Below are positions 47,988-58,491 of a stretch of 64,000 nucleotides of DNA, in pieces. The notes under the pieces are model-generated. The model did no database searches and was not told the DNA's origin. It saw only the letters and a list, made by a program, of their open reading frames with translations. The number at the start of each line of letters is the position of its first letter. Within the stretch, counting starts at the first letter, position 1. A program made the translations under genes and the position numbers. The stretch is taken from NCBI GenBank assembly GCA_963524395.1, contig CAURGM010000001.1:26013-90012 (forward strand), written 5' to 3'. This DNA is from an uncultured Campylobacter sp. GTDB lineage: Bacteria > Campylobacterota > Campylobacteria > Campylobacterales > Campylobacteraceae.

Positions 47988-48137
47988 AACGTCCGCCTAA
48001 GCTTTAAAATTTAGGCGGAATTTTATAAAATTTTAGTTGAATTTGGGATTTAAATTTCGCCCGCGCGGCATAAATTTAGGTTTTTATTTATTTTAAATGT
48101 GTTAAAATTATCCGATTTTTGAAATTTAAGGGTAAAA

Positions 48138-49439
48138 ATGAACGACGTTTCGGTTATAGTTCTTGCCGCAGGGCTGGGCACTCGGATGAAGTCGCAAAAG
48201 GCCAAGGTTCTTTTCGAGCTTTGCGGCGAGCCGATGATAATCCACATCCTAAAGAAAGCTTACGAAATTTCAAACGACGTGAGCGTGATTTTACACTATC
48301 AATTCGACGAGGTTAAAAGCGCGGTTCTAGCGCACTTTCCAAACGCTAAAATTTACAAACAAGATCACGAGCATTTCCCCGGCACTGCGGGCGGGCTAAA
48401 AGAGGTCGAAATCCGCGGGGAAAAAACGCTCATAATCTGCGGCGATATGCCTTTGGTAAAAAGCGCCGAGCTTCGCAAACTCTGCGAGGGGGACGCAGAG
48501 GTAAATTTAAGCGTTTTTAGCGCGCGCGATCCATTCGGATACGGCCGCGTAATCACCCGCGGCGGCGAAATTTTAAAGATCGTCGAGCAAAAGGACGCAA
48601 GCGAAGAGGAAAAAGCGGTAAAAGACGCAAACGCCGGCTGCTACTGCTTCAAAAGCGAGGCATTGAAACAAATTCTGCCGCAGATCAAACCAGATAACGC
48701 GCAAAAAGAATACTACCTCACAGACGCGATCAAAATCGCCAAAGATATGGGCTTAAAATGCGCCGCCGTGTGGGTGGACGAGCAAAGTTTCATGGGCATA
48801 AACGATAAGCTCGCCCTCAGCATCGCCGAAAATTTAATGCAAAACGAGATCAAAGAAAATTTGATGAAGCAAGGCGTTTTGATGCGCCTACCGCAAAGCA
48901 TCTACATCGACAGCAGGGCGAAATTTATCGGCGAGTGCGAGCTGCAAGAAAACGTAAGTATCATCGGTCCTTGTGTGATCGAAAGCTCGCTCATCAAAAG
49001 CGGCTGCGTCATCGAAGATAGCGTCATAAAAAACTCCGATATCGGTCCGATGGCACATCTGCGCCCAAAATGCGAAGTTATAGGCACCCATATCGGAAAT
49101 TTCGTCGAGCTTAAAAACGCGAAAGTAAACAAGATCAAGGCGGGGCATTTAAGCTATCTTGGGGATTGCGAGATCGATGAGGGCAGTAATATCGGCTGCG
49201 GCACGATTACGTGCAACTATGACGGCAAGAAAAAATACAAAACAATAATCGGCAAAAATGTCTTTATCGGCTCGGATACGCAGCTAGTAGCGCCCGTGCG
49301 GGTGGCCGACGACGTCATAATCGCCGCGGGCACGACGGTTACGAGCGACGTTCCAAGCGGCGCGCTGGCGATCAGCCGAAGCAAACAAATCAACAAAGAT
49401 GGGTTTTTCCATAAATTTTTTAGGAGCGAAGATGAATAA
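48138..49439 (+). CDS. glmU: Bifunctional UDP-GlcNAc pyrophosphorylase / GlcN-1-P N-acetyltransferase
   Basis: VIVLAAGLGTRMKS motif and a C-terminal left-handed beta-helix with hexapeptide repeats. Confidence 0.9.
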   Translation: MNDVSVIVLAAGLGTRMKSQKAKVLFELCGEPMIIHILKKAYEISNDVSVILHYQFDEVKSAVLAHFPNAKIYKQDHEHFPGTAGGLKEVEIRGEKTLIICGDMPLVKSAELRKLCEGDAEVNLSVFSARDPFGYGRVITRGGEILKIVEQKDASEEEKAVKDANAGCYCFKSEALKQILPQIKPDNAQKEYYLTDAIKIAKDMGLKCAAVWVDEQSFMGINDKLALSIAENLMQNEIKENLMKQGVLMRLPQSIYIDSRAKFIGECELQENVSIIGPCVIESSLIKSGCVIEDSVIKNSDIGPMAHLRPKCEVIGTHIGNFVELKNAKVNKIKAGHLSYLGDCEIDEGSNIGCGTITCNYDGKKKYKTIIGKNVFIGSDTQLVAPVRVADDVIIAAGTTVTSDVPSGALAISRSKQINKDGFFHKFFRSEDE

Positions 49440-50613
49440 GAAAAAGGTTTTACTCGCGGTTTGCGGGAGTATCAGTTTTTACAAAGCGTTTGAAATTTTA
49501 TCCGCTCTGAAAAAGTCAAATTTCGACGTCTATGTCGCGCTTAGCGACGGCGTGCAGGAGTTTGTCAGCTACAAAGCTTTCGAAGCGCTGTGCGATCACC
49601 CCGTGCTTTGCAAAGCCAACGAAAACTGGCAGGCGGGCATCAACCACATCGCTTATTCCAAGGTGGATTTAGTTTTGATAGCACCCGCGACGGCAAATAC
49701 GATAAACAAGCTCGCTTGGGGCGTCTGCGATAACGTATTTTTAGAGGTGCTAAACGCGGCTTTTGCCCACGCTAAGGTGGTTATCGCGCCGGCCGCAAAT
49801 CCAGCGCTACTTGAAAACAATATCACAAAAAACTGCATCGATATGCTAAAAGCGAGCGTGAATGCGTATTTTGTGGATCCGATAGAAAAAACCCTAGCTT
49901 GCGGCGATACCGGCAAGGGCGGACTAGCGAGCACCGAGGCGATAATGCAGACGCTAAAGCGCGCGCTTTATAACGATAAATTTTGGGAGGATAAAACAGT
50001 CATCATCACCGGAGGCGCGACGATCGAAAAGATCGATAGCGTGCGCGGCATTACGAATTTTTCCAGCGGCAAAACCTCCAAAGCGATTGCCGACGCGCTG
50101 TTTTATCTGGGTGCGGACGTGACGCTGATCTCTAGCAACGAATATGAAAATTTACCGTACAAGCTCGTTAAATTTGAAAGCACTATCGGGCTAAAATCGG
50201 CGCTTGACAGCACAAAATTCCCCGACGGCGCGTATTTGATAATGGCCGCCGCGGTAAGCGACTACTCGCCGAAGGTGCGCTACAAAGATAAGGTGAAAAA
50301 AGCGGAGATCGGCGAAATTTGGAATTTACGCCTGGGCGAAAACGAGGATATCTTAAGCTCCGTGCGCGGAAATATCAAAAAAGTGGGCTTTAAACTCGAA
50401 ACCGACCGCGAAAATGCCGTCGGCGAGGCCAAACGCATGCTCAATGAAAAGCATCTCGACGCCGTGTGTCTAAACGTACTGGACGACATCATCAAGCTCG
50501 GCGGCGACGTCCTTAAGGTCACTTTCATCACCAAGGGCGATCAGGTCGTAATCGACACCGCGCCGAAGGACGAAGTCGCCCTAAAAATCGCGGCTGAGCT
50601 GAAAAAAATCTGA
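49432..50613 (+). CDS. coaBC: Phosphopantothenoylcysteine decarboxylase / phosphopantothenate-cysteine ligase
   Basis: VLLAVCGSISFYKA flavoprotein motif and the PATANTINKLA motif, followed by the CoaB half. Start set at MNKKKV. Confidence 0.85.
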   Translation: MNKKKVLLAVCGSISFYKAFEILSALKKSNFDVYVALSDGVQEFVSYKAFEALCDHPVLCKANENWQAGINHIAYSKVDLVLIAPATANTINKLAWGVCDNVFLEVLNAAFAHAKVVIAPAANPALLENNITKNCIDMLKASVNAYFVDPIEKTLACGDTGKGGLASTEAIMQTLKRALYNDKFWEDKTVIITGGATIEKIDSVRGITNFSSGKTSKAIADALFYLGADVTLISSNEYENLPYKLVKFESTIGLKSALDSTKFPDGAYLIMAAAVSDYSPKVRYKDKVKKAEIGEIWNLRLGENEDILSSVRGNIKKVGFKLETDRENAVGEAKRMLNEKHLDAVCLNVLDDIIKLGGDVLKVTFITKGDQVVIDTAPKDEVALKIAAELKKI

Positions 50614-50616
50614 TCC

Positions 50617-51294
50617 GTGAATAACCTAAATCATCTAGCCCTCGTGATGGACGGCAACGGGCGCTGGGCGAAAAAGCGCGGTCTGCTGCGCACCGGCGGG
50701 CACGAAGCGGGCGCGGAGGTCGTGGAGCAGATCTGCGAGTTTTGCATCGACGAAGGTATCGCAAACCTCACGCTCTACGCCTTTAGCACCGAAAATTGGA
50801 AGCGCCCGAAAAGCGAAGTGGAATTTTTGATGAAGTTGCTGCAAAAATTCCTAATTTCACGCCGCGAAAAATTTATCCAAAACGGGATAAAATTCTATCC
50901 GATCGGCGACATATCGGCTTTTGAGGGTAATCTGCGAAGCGAGATAGAATATCTTTCAAATTTAACTCAAAACGGGCGAGCGCTAAATTTTAACCTAGCG
51001 ATCAACTACGGCTCGCGAGACGAGATCGTGCGAGCGTGCGAGCGGCTGCTTGCAAGCGGCGAGCGACTAAGCGAAGCGGGCATCGGCGCGTATCTGGATA
51101 CCGCGCACAGCGGCGACGTGGATCTACTTGTGCGCACCGGCGGCGAGCAGCGGCTGTCGAATTTCTTGCTCTGGCAGGCAAGCTACGCCGAGCTTGCGTT
51201 TACGCCGACGCTGTGGCCGGATTTCACGCGCGAGGAGCTTGCGCGCATAGTGGATGATTTCCGCCGCAAACAGCGCCGCTTCGGCGGTCTTTAA
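50617..51294 (+). CDS. uppS: Undecaprenyl diphosphate synthase
   Basis: HLALVMDGNGRWA, FSTENWKRP and RTGGEQRLSNFLLWQ motifs. Confidence 0.9.
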   Translation: MNNLNHLALVMDGNGRWAKKRGLLRTGGHEAGAEVVEQICEFCIDEGIANLTLYAFSTENWKRPKSEVEFLMKLLQKFLISRREKFIQNGIKFYPIGDISAFEGNLRSEIEYLSNLTQNGRALNFNLAINYGSRDEIVRACERLLASGERLSEAGIGAYLDTAHSGDVDLLVRTGGEQRLSNFLLWQASYAELAFTPTLWPDFTREELARIVDDFRRKQRRFGGL

Positions 51295-51299
51295 GCTGC

Positions 51300-51634
51300 G
51301 GCGCAGTCGCTCTAACGGTCGCTTTAAATTTTAAAATTTTATTTTGCAGAACCGCCTACGACGCGGTAAATTTTAAAATTTAATCTGCGGGCGCTCGCGA
51401 CACCATGAAATTTTAAAATTTCAGGATTTTAATTTATAGCGTCGTAAATTTTAAAATTTTTAACTACGTAGTCGTGCGGCGCCGTGAAATTTCAAAATTT
51501 TAGAATTTTAAAATTTCACGCCTTTTAAATTTAAAACTCTAGCGCGAGCCGTATTGCGCGGCGCGGTAAATTTAAACGCGGCATAATTTTAAAAATCACG
51601 CTGCCCGTTCGCGCAAAAACCGACAAGGAAGGCC
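51300..51634 (+). repeat. Intergenic cluster of AAATTTTAAAATTT-type repeats
   Basis: At least seven (G)TAAATTTTAAAATTT / GAAATTTCAAAATTT units in 335 bp. Confidence 0.7.
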
Positions 51635-52060
51635 ATGAGCTACTATATACAATGCGGTTGCGGCAAAAAGCTTACGAAAAAGCCGATGAAAACTCTAAGA
51701 TGCCCAAGATGCGGCAGAGTGTATAAAAAATCAAAAAAATTTATACTGGCGGTCTACATTTGCCTGCTGCTGTTTTTTATGCTAGCGTTTGCTTTCATCC
51801 CCGATAAAATGGGGATTTTGGCATCCGCAGGCAGCGGGATAGGCGCATATATTATGTTTTTATGGATCGTAGATACTTTAAACTTCGATCTTTTGGACGC
51901 CGTGATACTGGTGGCGGGATTTTTGATTTTCGGCGGATTATATGAGGCATGGGGCAAGCCGCTAATCGCAGGGCTCATAGCTATTTTATTTTGCGTGGGC
52001 GCGGCGGCGATTTTCGTAAAATTTTTCCCTTACGAGAGGCAAAAAATCAATGAAAACTAA
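51635..52060 (+). CDS. Membrane protein with an N-terminal zinc ribbon
   Basis: CGCG...CPRCG motif followed by 3-4 TM helices. Confidence 0.5.
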   Translation: MSYYIQCGCGKKLTKKPMKTLRCPRCGRVYKKSKKFILAVYICLLLFFMLAFAFIPDKMGILASAGSGIGAYIMFLWIVDTLNFDLLDAVILVAGFLIFGGLYEAWGKPLIAGLIAILFCVGAAAIFVKFFPYERQKINEN

Positions 52061-52125
52061 GAAATTTCTCGCTACCATAAAGCGTTTGATTAAATTTTAA
52101 AAAGTTAAAGCTCCAAAGGAAAAAG

Positions 52126-52881
52126 ATGGATTTAAATATCGTTTACGGCGTGATTTTTGCGGTATTCGGCACCTGCGTAGGCTCGTTTTGCAACGTCCTG
52201 ATCTACCGCTTGCCGCGCGGACAGAGCGTAAATTTCCCCGCTTCGCACTGCCCGAAATGCTCTCACGCTCTGAAATTTTACCACAACATTCCGCTGCTTT
52301 CGTGGCTCTTTTTGGGCGGCAAATGCGCCTTTTGCAAAACCAAAATTTCGATCCGCTACCCGATCGTCGAGCTTTTAGGCGGCGCGCTTGCGCTTGCGGC
52401 GTATTTCGGCGAACCCGATCTTGCAAAAGCCGCGGTGCTTGGGCTTTGCTTCATATTGCTTATGGCGCTTTCGGCGATCGATTTTGAGTATAAAGCCGTA
52501 CCCGAGAGCCTTCTTTACGTAGTTACCGCGCTTTCGCTTGCTTATACGCTGATGTATAATTTTGATCTTAGCGGCGTGGGCGCGGCGGCGGGATACGCGG
52601 CGATATTTTTCGTGCTGCGCCTCATCGTCACCTTCGTGCTAAAGCGCGAAGCGATGGGCAGCGCGGATATTTTTATCGCGGGCGTTATGGGAGCGATTTT
52701 GGGCTGGAAGCTGGGCGGCATCTCGATCTACATCGGCGCGATTTTGACGCTGCCTGCGTATCTCATCGCGCACAAAAAGGGCTATGAGCTGCCGTTCGTG
52801 CCGTTTTTATCGATGGGGCTGCTTCTTACCTTTATCTTCAAAGATCAAATTTTAAGGCTCTTGGACATCATTTATGGATAG
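52126..52881 (+). CDS. Prepilin peptidase (A24 family)
   Basis: CPKCSHALKFYHNIPLLSWLFLGGKCAFCK zinc-binding motif and the GSADIF / polytopic layout. Confidence 0.85.
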   Translation: MDLNIVYGVIFAVFGTCVGSFCNVLIYRLPRGQSVNFPASHCPKCSHALKFYHNIPLLSWLFLGGKCAFCKTKISIRYPIVELLGGALALAAYFGEPDLAKAAVLGLCFILLMALSAIDFEYKAVPESLLYVVTALSLAYTLMYNFDLSGVGAAAGYAAIFFVLRLIVTFVLKREAMGSADIFIAGVMGAILGWKLGGISIYIGAILTLPAYLIAHKKGYELPFVPFLSMGLLLTFIFKDQILRLLDIIYG

Positions 52882-53905
52882 GGTGCAGCGCTATTTATTT
52901 AGCAATTTCGTTAGTTCCTTTGCGTCGCTTTTTAGCACGCTTTTTATCATAATGTCGATCGTATTTTTCCTTCAGATCGCGCGCATTACGTCGTTTATCG
53001 AGATAAATTTTTCAGAGCTAGTCAAGCTCTATCTTTTCATGCTGCCGCGTATACTCATATTTACGGTGCCGATCGCGTTTTTCGTAGCGCTTAGCATCTC
53101 GCTTTTTAGGCTCTCTAAAGAGAACGAAACCATCGTCATTTTTACCATCGGCTACGCCACGCGCAAGATCGCGCTATTTTTTGGCATAAGCGCCGCGCTG
53201 TGTTCCTTGGCGCTACTTTTCGTATCGCTTTTTATGATGCCGATAGCCGAAAATTTAAAGGACAATTTCATCGATTACAAAAAGATCAGCGCGACGCTAA
53301 ATATCAAATCCAACGAATTCGGGCAGAAATTTTCTGACTGGCTCGTTTTTATCGATTCGCAGGAAAACAACGGCACAAGCACGCTGTATAAGGATCTGGT
53401 GCTGTATAATCCGGGTGGCTCGCAGGATCACGAGCGGATGATCGTAGCGCGTAGCGGCGAGTTTAAAAACGAAAACGCGAGCTTTTCGGCGATGCTGCAC
53501 GACGGCAAAATTTACACGATGGGCAGCGATCAGTGGCACGTAAGCGAATTTGAAAGCCTAACTCTGCGCACGCAAAGCGACCGCAATATCCGCGGCGGAG
53601 GCGGCGTGATCGGATACTGGAGCGATATGAGCGGCAGCGAGAAGCGCAGGAAAGAATTTAGCATCTACACCCTAGTCTCGCTCTTTCCGCTGGCGAGCTT
53701 TTTGTTTGCGCTAAGCCTCGGTATCGTGACCTATCGCTACGAAAAGGGCTTCGTTTACGCGGGGATCTTCGGCGTGCTTTTTAGCTACTTCGCGCTGATA
53801 ATGCTACTCTCCAAACATCCGAGCATCGCACTTCCAGTGACATTCGGCGTTACGCTTATCGCATCGCTGCTTTACTACAGGATCAAAATTGCCCCGAGGT
53901 ACTGA
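52874..53905 (+). CDS. LptF/LptG-family LPS export permease
   Basis: YjgP/YjgQ layout: 3 TM segments, a periplasmic beta-jellyroll, then 3 TM segments. N-terminal RYLFSNF motif. Confidence 0.75.
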   Translation: MDRVQRYLFSNFVSSFASLFSTLFIIMSIVFFLQIARITSFIEINFSELVKLYLFMLPRILIFTVPIAFFVALSISLFRLSKENETIVIFTIGYATRKIALFFGISAALCSLALLFVSLFMMPIAENLKDNFIDYKKISATLNIKSNEFGQKFSDWLVFIDSQENNGTSTLYKDLVLYNPGGSQDHERMIVARSGEFKNENASFSAMLHDGKIYTMGSDQWHVSEFESLTLRTQSDRNIRGGGGVIGYWSDMSGSEKRRKEFSIYTLVSLFPLASFLFALSLGIVTYRYEKGFVYAGIFGVLFSYFALIMLLSKHPSIALPVTFGVTLIASLLYYRIKIAPRY

Positions 53906-55226
53906 AAAAGACTCCGAGCTTTGCGGCGGCGAAATTTTAAACAAAAGCTCGTCCGCTCGAAATTTAGCGGATAAAATTTCGGCGAGCAAGGCTAGCGCGT
54001 CTGAAATTTTGCGTGGCGTAAATTTAAAGCGCGAAGCGCAAAACGGCGAACAAGCTTTGATCTTAAACGACGGGTTTTCAAATTTTAAAAATTTCGCCCT
54101 CGCAAGCTCGGTGAGTGATACGGCTGCTTATACTGCGCCTGATTGCGAGTTGAGTCACGAAAGCGTCAGGCGAAATTCGGACGCCGTTTGTGCCAAAAAG
54201 GCTGCGCGTGCGGCAAATTTAAATTCCGCCCGTAAAAATTCCGCCGATACCGCCGCTTTGGATATTTGTGCGGTAAGCGCAGAGGAAATTTATACGACCG
54301 TGCGCGCAGACGACCGCGCCGCAGACTCTCTCAAAGCAGATGCCGCCTACAAAGCGGGTATTTCCGCAAACACCCTCGCAAGCGCGTCCGAACTCAAAAA
54401 TATTATCAAAAGTGCGCCTGCAAGCGACTTTGTAGCGAATGAACTTGCGCACATCGGCAAAATAAGCACCCCGCCAAATATCCCCGCAGATGCGTGCACC
54501 TTCGCAGCAAGCGCAAACTCCGAGCGCGTAAAGCTCAAGCTCGTCTATTCCTATGACGGCTCGAAATTTAGCGGCTCGCAGTCTCAGCCTCACGGGCGCG
54601 GCGTCGAGGACGCGCTGCGCGCGGCTTTGGGGCGAGTAGGGATCTTTGCGCCGCTGATAAGCAGCTCGCGCACCGATAAAGGGGTGCACGCGCTGCGCCA
54701 GGTAAGCTGCGTCGAATGCACCGTGCACTGGGAGCTGCCGCGCCTAAAAGAGCTCATAAACCGCCACTGCGCGCCCTATATTTTTGTGCAATACATCAGC
54801 CCGGTGCCGCGCGATTTTCATCCGCGTTACGATGCCGTGGCGCGCTGCTATCGCTACGTTTTAAACCATGGACGTCCAAGCCCCTTTCTTAGCGATTTTT
54901 GCGTGTTTTATCCGCGCGTGGATCTTGCCGCGCTCAATGCTGCGCTTGCAAATTTTATCGGCGAGCACGATTTTAGCGAGTTTATGAAAAGCGGCAGCGA
55001 CATAAAAAGCCCTGTGCGCGAGCTCTACGTCGCGCGCGCCTATTCTTTTAGAAATTTAACCTTGATAAATTTTAAAGCCAACGGATTTTTGCGAGCGCAG
55101 GTGCGGCTGATGGTCGCAAACGCCCTAAAATCCGTGCAGAGCGGGCGCAAGATCAGATTCTCGCGAGCGCTTAGCAGAATCCCCTTTCCGCCGAACGGGC
55201 TGTATCTTAGCGGCGTGAGTTATTAA
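53889..55226 (+). CDS. truA: tRNA pseudouridine(38-40) synthase TruA with a long low-complexity N-terminal extension
   Basis: The core begins at KLKLVYSYDGSKFSGSQSQPHGRGVEDAL (about 54531), with SSSRTDKGVHA as the catalytic Asp motif. The only in-frame starts lie 77-214 codons upstream. Confidence 0.75.
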   Translation: MPRGTEKDSELCGGEILNKSSSARNLADKISASKASASEILRGVNLKREAQNGEQALILNDGFSNFKNFALASSVSDTAAYTAPDCELSHESVRRNSDAVCAKKAARAANLNSARKNSADTAALDICAVSAEEIYTTVRADDRAADSLKADAAYKAGISANTLASASELKNIIKSAPASDFVANELAHIGKISTPPNIPADACTFAASANSERVKLKLVYSYDGSKFSGSQSQPHGRGVEDALRAALGRVGIFAPLISSSRTDKGVHALRQVSCVECTVHWELPRLKELINRHCAPYIFVQYISPVPRDFHPRYDAVARCYRYVLNHGRPSPFLSDFCVFYPRVDLAALNAALANFIGEHDFSEFMKSGSDIKSPVRELYVARAYSFRNLTLINFKANGFLRAQVRLMVANALKSVQSGRKIRFSRALSRIPFPPNGLYLSGVSY

Positions 55227-55459
55227 GACTTGAAATTTATAGCGTTAAATTTTATCCACGGGCGTTTGGATTTCAAGCTTAGAATTTTATCGCGGTAAAA
55301 TTCTGCATATCAGAGTAGATCGCCACCCTACTTTGATATTAAATCACCTGCACCACGATGTGTAAAATCGTAAATTTGCGCGAAATTCGATCTATTTTTA
55401 TTAGAATTTTATAGAAATTTAGCAATACTTTCAAACTTTTAACTCAAAAAGGAGCAAAG

Positions 55460-56401
55460 ATGAAAAAAATTTCTGTTGCTTTGGTCGGTTTGGCCTTACT
55501 AGCTAGCGTTTCAGGCGCTAAGGAGTTCATCAATATTGGCACCGGCGGTATGACCGGCACCTATTATCCGGTAGGTGGCGCGATTTGCCGCTTGGTAAAT
55601 ATGGATAAAAATATGAAATGCTCCGTGCAATCGACGGGCGGCTCGACATATAACGTCAATAACGTGCTTAAAAAAGAGCTAAATTTCGGCTTCGTTCAAA
55701 GCGATGTCGTCTATGATAAGTACAACGGTACGGGCAAATTTCAAGGCGCGGCGGATAAAAATTTACGCTCCGTAATTTCGATCTATCCGGAGCTTTTGGC
55801 TTTCGTAGTTTCTAAAGAGAGCGGTATCAAAGCCTACGGCGACGCTGCGGGCAAAAAGATCAATATCGGAAACCCGGGCAGCGGCAACGAGCTAACCAGC
55901 ACGATAGTTTTTGAAAACTACGACTTCGATCTTAAAAAGCTCGCCCAGCACGGCGTCCTAACCGCGCAAGAATGCCCCATGGCGCTAAAAGATAAGAAGA
56001 TCGACGGATACTTCTATGTCGTAGGACATCCGACCGCAAATATCACCGATGCGGCGACTTCGCTTCCTATCGACTTAGTCGGCATCGACGATGAGCATAT
56101 CAAAAAAATTATGGAGAAATATCCATATTTTGCCAAAGGCGTGATCCCTGCGAAGATGTATGACGGAGTAGATCACGACACGCAGACTATCGGCGTAAAG
56201 GCTGTGCTCGTAACCGACGCTAGCCAAAGCGACGAGGCGGTTAGGGCGGTAGTTAAAGCGATACTTGATAATTTCGACGAGTATAAAAAGCTACACCCTG
56301 CGCTAAATTTAGTGAGCAAAGAATCTCTTTTAGAGGGGCTTAGCGCGCCGCTTCATCCTGCGGCAGAGGCGGTGTATAAAGAAGCCGGGTTGTTGAAATA
56401 G
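55460..56401 (+). CDS. TAXI-family TRAP transporter solute-binding protein
   Basis: Signal peptide and the IGTGGMTGTYYPVGGAIC motif. Confidence 0.85.
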   Translation: MKKISVALVGLALLASVSGAKEFINIGTGGMTGTYYPVGGAICRLVNMDKNMKCSVQSTGGSTYNVNNVLKKELNFGFVQSDVVYDKYNGTGKFQGAADKNLRSVISIYPELLAFVVSKESGIKAYGDAAGKKINIGNPGSGNELTSTIVFENYDFDLKKLAQHGVLTAQECPMALKDKKIDGYFYVVGHPTANITDAATSLPIDLVGIDDEHIKKIMEKYPYFAKGVIPAKMYDGVDHDTQTIGVKAVLVTDASQSDEAVRAVVKAILDNFDEYKKLHPALNLVSKESLLEGLSAPLHPAAEAVYKEAGLLK

Positions 56402-56409
56402 GCTAGTTG

Positions 56410-58491
56410 ATGGAGAAATCTACACAAAAAGATGAGCAGGTTTTAGAGGTAAAGAGTAGAGAATTTACCTCTAAAAAGCTCTTCTGGCTCGTGACGCTGG
56501 TCTGCTTCTCGTGGTCGGTCTTTCAGCTTTATATCGCGTATTTCCCGATGAATACGAATATCGCGCGCTCGATCCACTTAGCGTTCGCCGTTTTTATAAT
56601 TTTTTCGCTTTTTCCATTTCGGCCGCGCTCCAAAGCGCATTTTTACATCCCGTTTTACGATTATATTTTATTAATCGTCGGAGTCGCCGCGATCCTATAT
56701 CCTGCGATCGAATTTAACGGGCTAGCGCATCGCCCGGGAGATTATCTAACCAGAGATATTGTAGCGTCGTTTATCGGAATTTTCATACTCTTTGAAGCCG
56801 GGCGCCGCATGATGGGACCTGCGCTAGGCATTATCGCTTTTACCTTTCTTCTGTATTGCTACTTCGGCCCCTATATGCCAGATATCATCGCGCACCGCGG
56901 CGCAAGCTTTGAAAAGCTCGCAGGGCATATGTTTTTAACGACAGAGGGTGTATTCGGCGTGCCGGTAGGGGTCAGCACTAGCTTTATCTATCTGTTCGTG
57001 CTATTCGGCGCGCTTTTAGAACGAGCGGGCGCGGGGCAGTATTTTATAAACGTAGCGTTTGCGATTTTAGGTCGCTTCCGCGGAGGACCCGCCAAGGCTA
57101 GCGTAATTGCCAGCGGGCTAACCGGTATGGTAAGCGGCAGCTCGACCGCAAATGTCGTGACGGTGGGCACCTTTACGATCCCGCTTATGAAAAAAGCGGG
57201 GCTTACCGCCACTAAGGCGGGCGCTATCGAGGTCGCCGCAGGCGTAAACGGGCAGCTTATGCCGCCTATCATGGGCGCTGCGGCGTTTATCATCGCGGAA
57301 TTTTTGGGTATGAGCTACACCAACGTAATGATCGCGGCGGTGATCCCTGCCTTCGTCTGCTACGCGGGGTTATTTTTCATCGTGCATCTGGAAAGCTGCA
57401 AGTTGGGGCTTCACGGTAGCCGCGATTACGCCAAGGTTTCAAAGCTAAAAATTATATTTAGCGGAATTCATTACATAATCCCGATTTTGGTGCTTCTTTT
57501 TACTCTATTGATTCTAAAAGAAAGCGCGATCTCTGCGGCGTTTAACTCAATCTGCGTGCTATTTTTGATAATGATCGTACAAGAGCCTGCTAAAAAAACG
57601 ATATTTGGCGAAAAAGTTGGCAAGTCCGATTTTATCGTAGGTTTCGTAGATATCTTTTGGGCTATGGTAGGTGCTGCCAAAAATATGGTCACGGTAGCCG
57701 TTGCCACCGCGCTAGCGGGCATCATCATCGGCTCGATCTCGCTTACCGGGCTGGGACAGGTTCTTTCAGAGCTAGTAGAAGCAGTCGCAGGAAACAGCAT
57801 AGTACTGATACTTCTGATGACTGCGATAATGAGCCTTATTTTGGGCATGGGACTTCCTACGACGGCGAATTATATCGTCGTTTCAAGCCTTATTGCACCG
57901 GTGATTTTGATACTAGCGGGCAAAAACGGCTTTTTGATCCCTGCGATCGCAGTGCATCTTTTCGTATTTTATTTTGGAATTTTAGCCGATGATACCCCTC
58001 CGGTAGGCATTGCCGCATACGCCGCCGCGGGCATCGCAAAGGCAAATCCGGTAACTGTGGGACTTCAGGGCTTCGTGTATGATCTGCGCACCGCGGTGCT
58101 TCCGTTTGCGTTTTTCTTCAACAATAAGCTGCTTTTGATCCAAAGCATAGGCGATCCGATGGATTCAAAGAGCATCGTTTGGATCAGCGATCCACTGCAA
58201 ATCGTGCTGATTTTTGCCACGGCGATCGTGGGCATGTTTGCTTTCAGCTCCTCGCTGCAGGGCTGGTTCGTAACCAAGTGCAACATGGTAGAGCGCCTGC
58301 TATTGCTGCTAGTAACGCCGCTAATGCTGGTACCTAATATATGCGCGAAATTCATAGAGTTTATCCCAAGCGAATATGCAAGCTACGGTATCGGCGCTGC
58401 GATCTACGTGCTGATCTTTACAAAACAGTGGCTTTTAAGGCCCAAAGACTCTGACGATGCTCACGCCGAAAATAGCGTGCCTGCGGCGTAA
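56410..58491 (+). CDS. TRAP transporter fused 4TM/12TM permease
   Basis: About 690-aa polytopic protein downstream of the TAXI binding protein. Confidence 0.8.
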   Translation: MEKSTQKDEQVLEVKSREFTSKKLFWLVTLVCFSWSVFQLYIAYFPMNTNIARSIHLAFAVFIIFSLFPFRPRSKAHFYIPFYDYILLIVGVAAILYPAIEFNGLAHRPGDYLTRDIVASFIGIFILFEAGRRMMGPALGIIAFTFLLYCYFGPYMPDIIAHRGASFEKLAGHMFLTTEGVFGVPVGVSTSFIYLFVLFGALLERAGAGQYFINVAFAILGRFRGGPAKASVIASGLTGMVSGSSTANVVTVGTFTIPLMKKAGLTATKAGAIEVAAGVNGQLMPPIMGAAAFIIAEFLGMSYTNVMIAAVIPAFVCYAGLFFIVHLESCKLGLHGSRDYAKVSKLKIIFSGIHYIIPILVLLFTLLILKESAISAAFNSICVLFLIMIVQEPAKKTIFGEKVGKSDFIVGFVDIFWAMVGAAKNMVTVAVATALAGIIIGSISLTGLGQVLSELVEAVAGNSIVLILLMTAIMSLILGMGLPTTANYIVVSSLIAPVILILAGKNGFLIPAIAVHLFVFYFGILADDTPPVGIAAYAAAGIAKANPVTVGLQGFVYDLRTAVLPFAFFFNNKLLLIQSIGDPMDSKSIVWISDPLQIVLIFATAIVGMFAFSSSLQGWFVTKCNMVERLLLLLVTPLMLVPNICAKFIEFIPSEYASYGIGAAIYVLIFTKQWLLRPKDSDDAHAENSVPAA

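Noticed and set aside
55227-55300. Terminator after truA (CTTGAAAT ... ATTTCAAG)
   Set aside because: It has an 8-bp stem with a loop of about 35 nt and no T-tract, so it is not a convincing intrinsic terminator.
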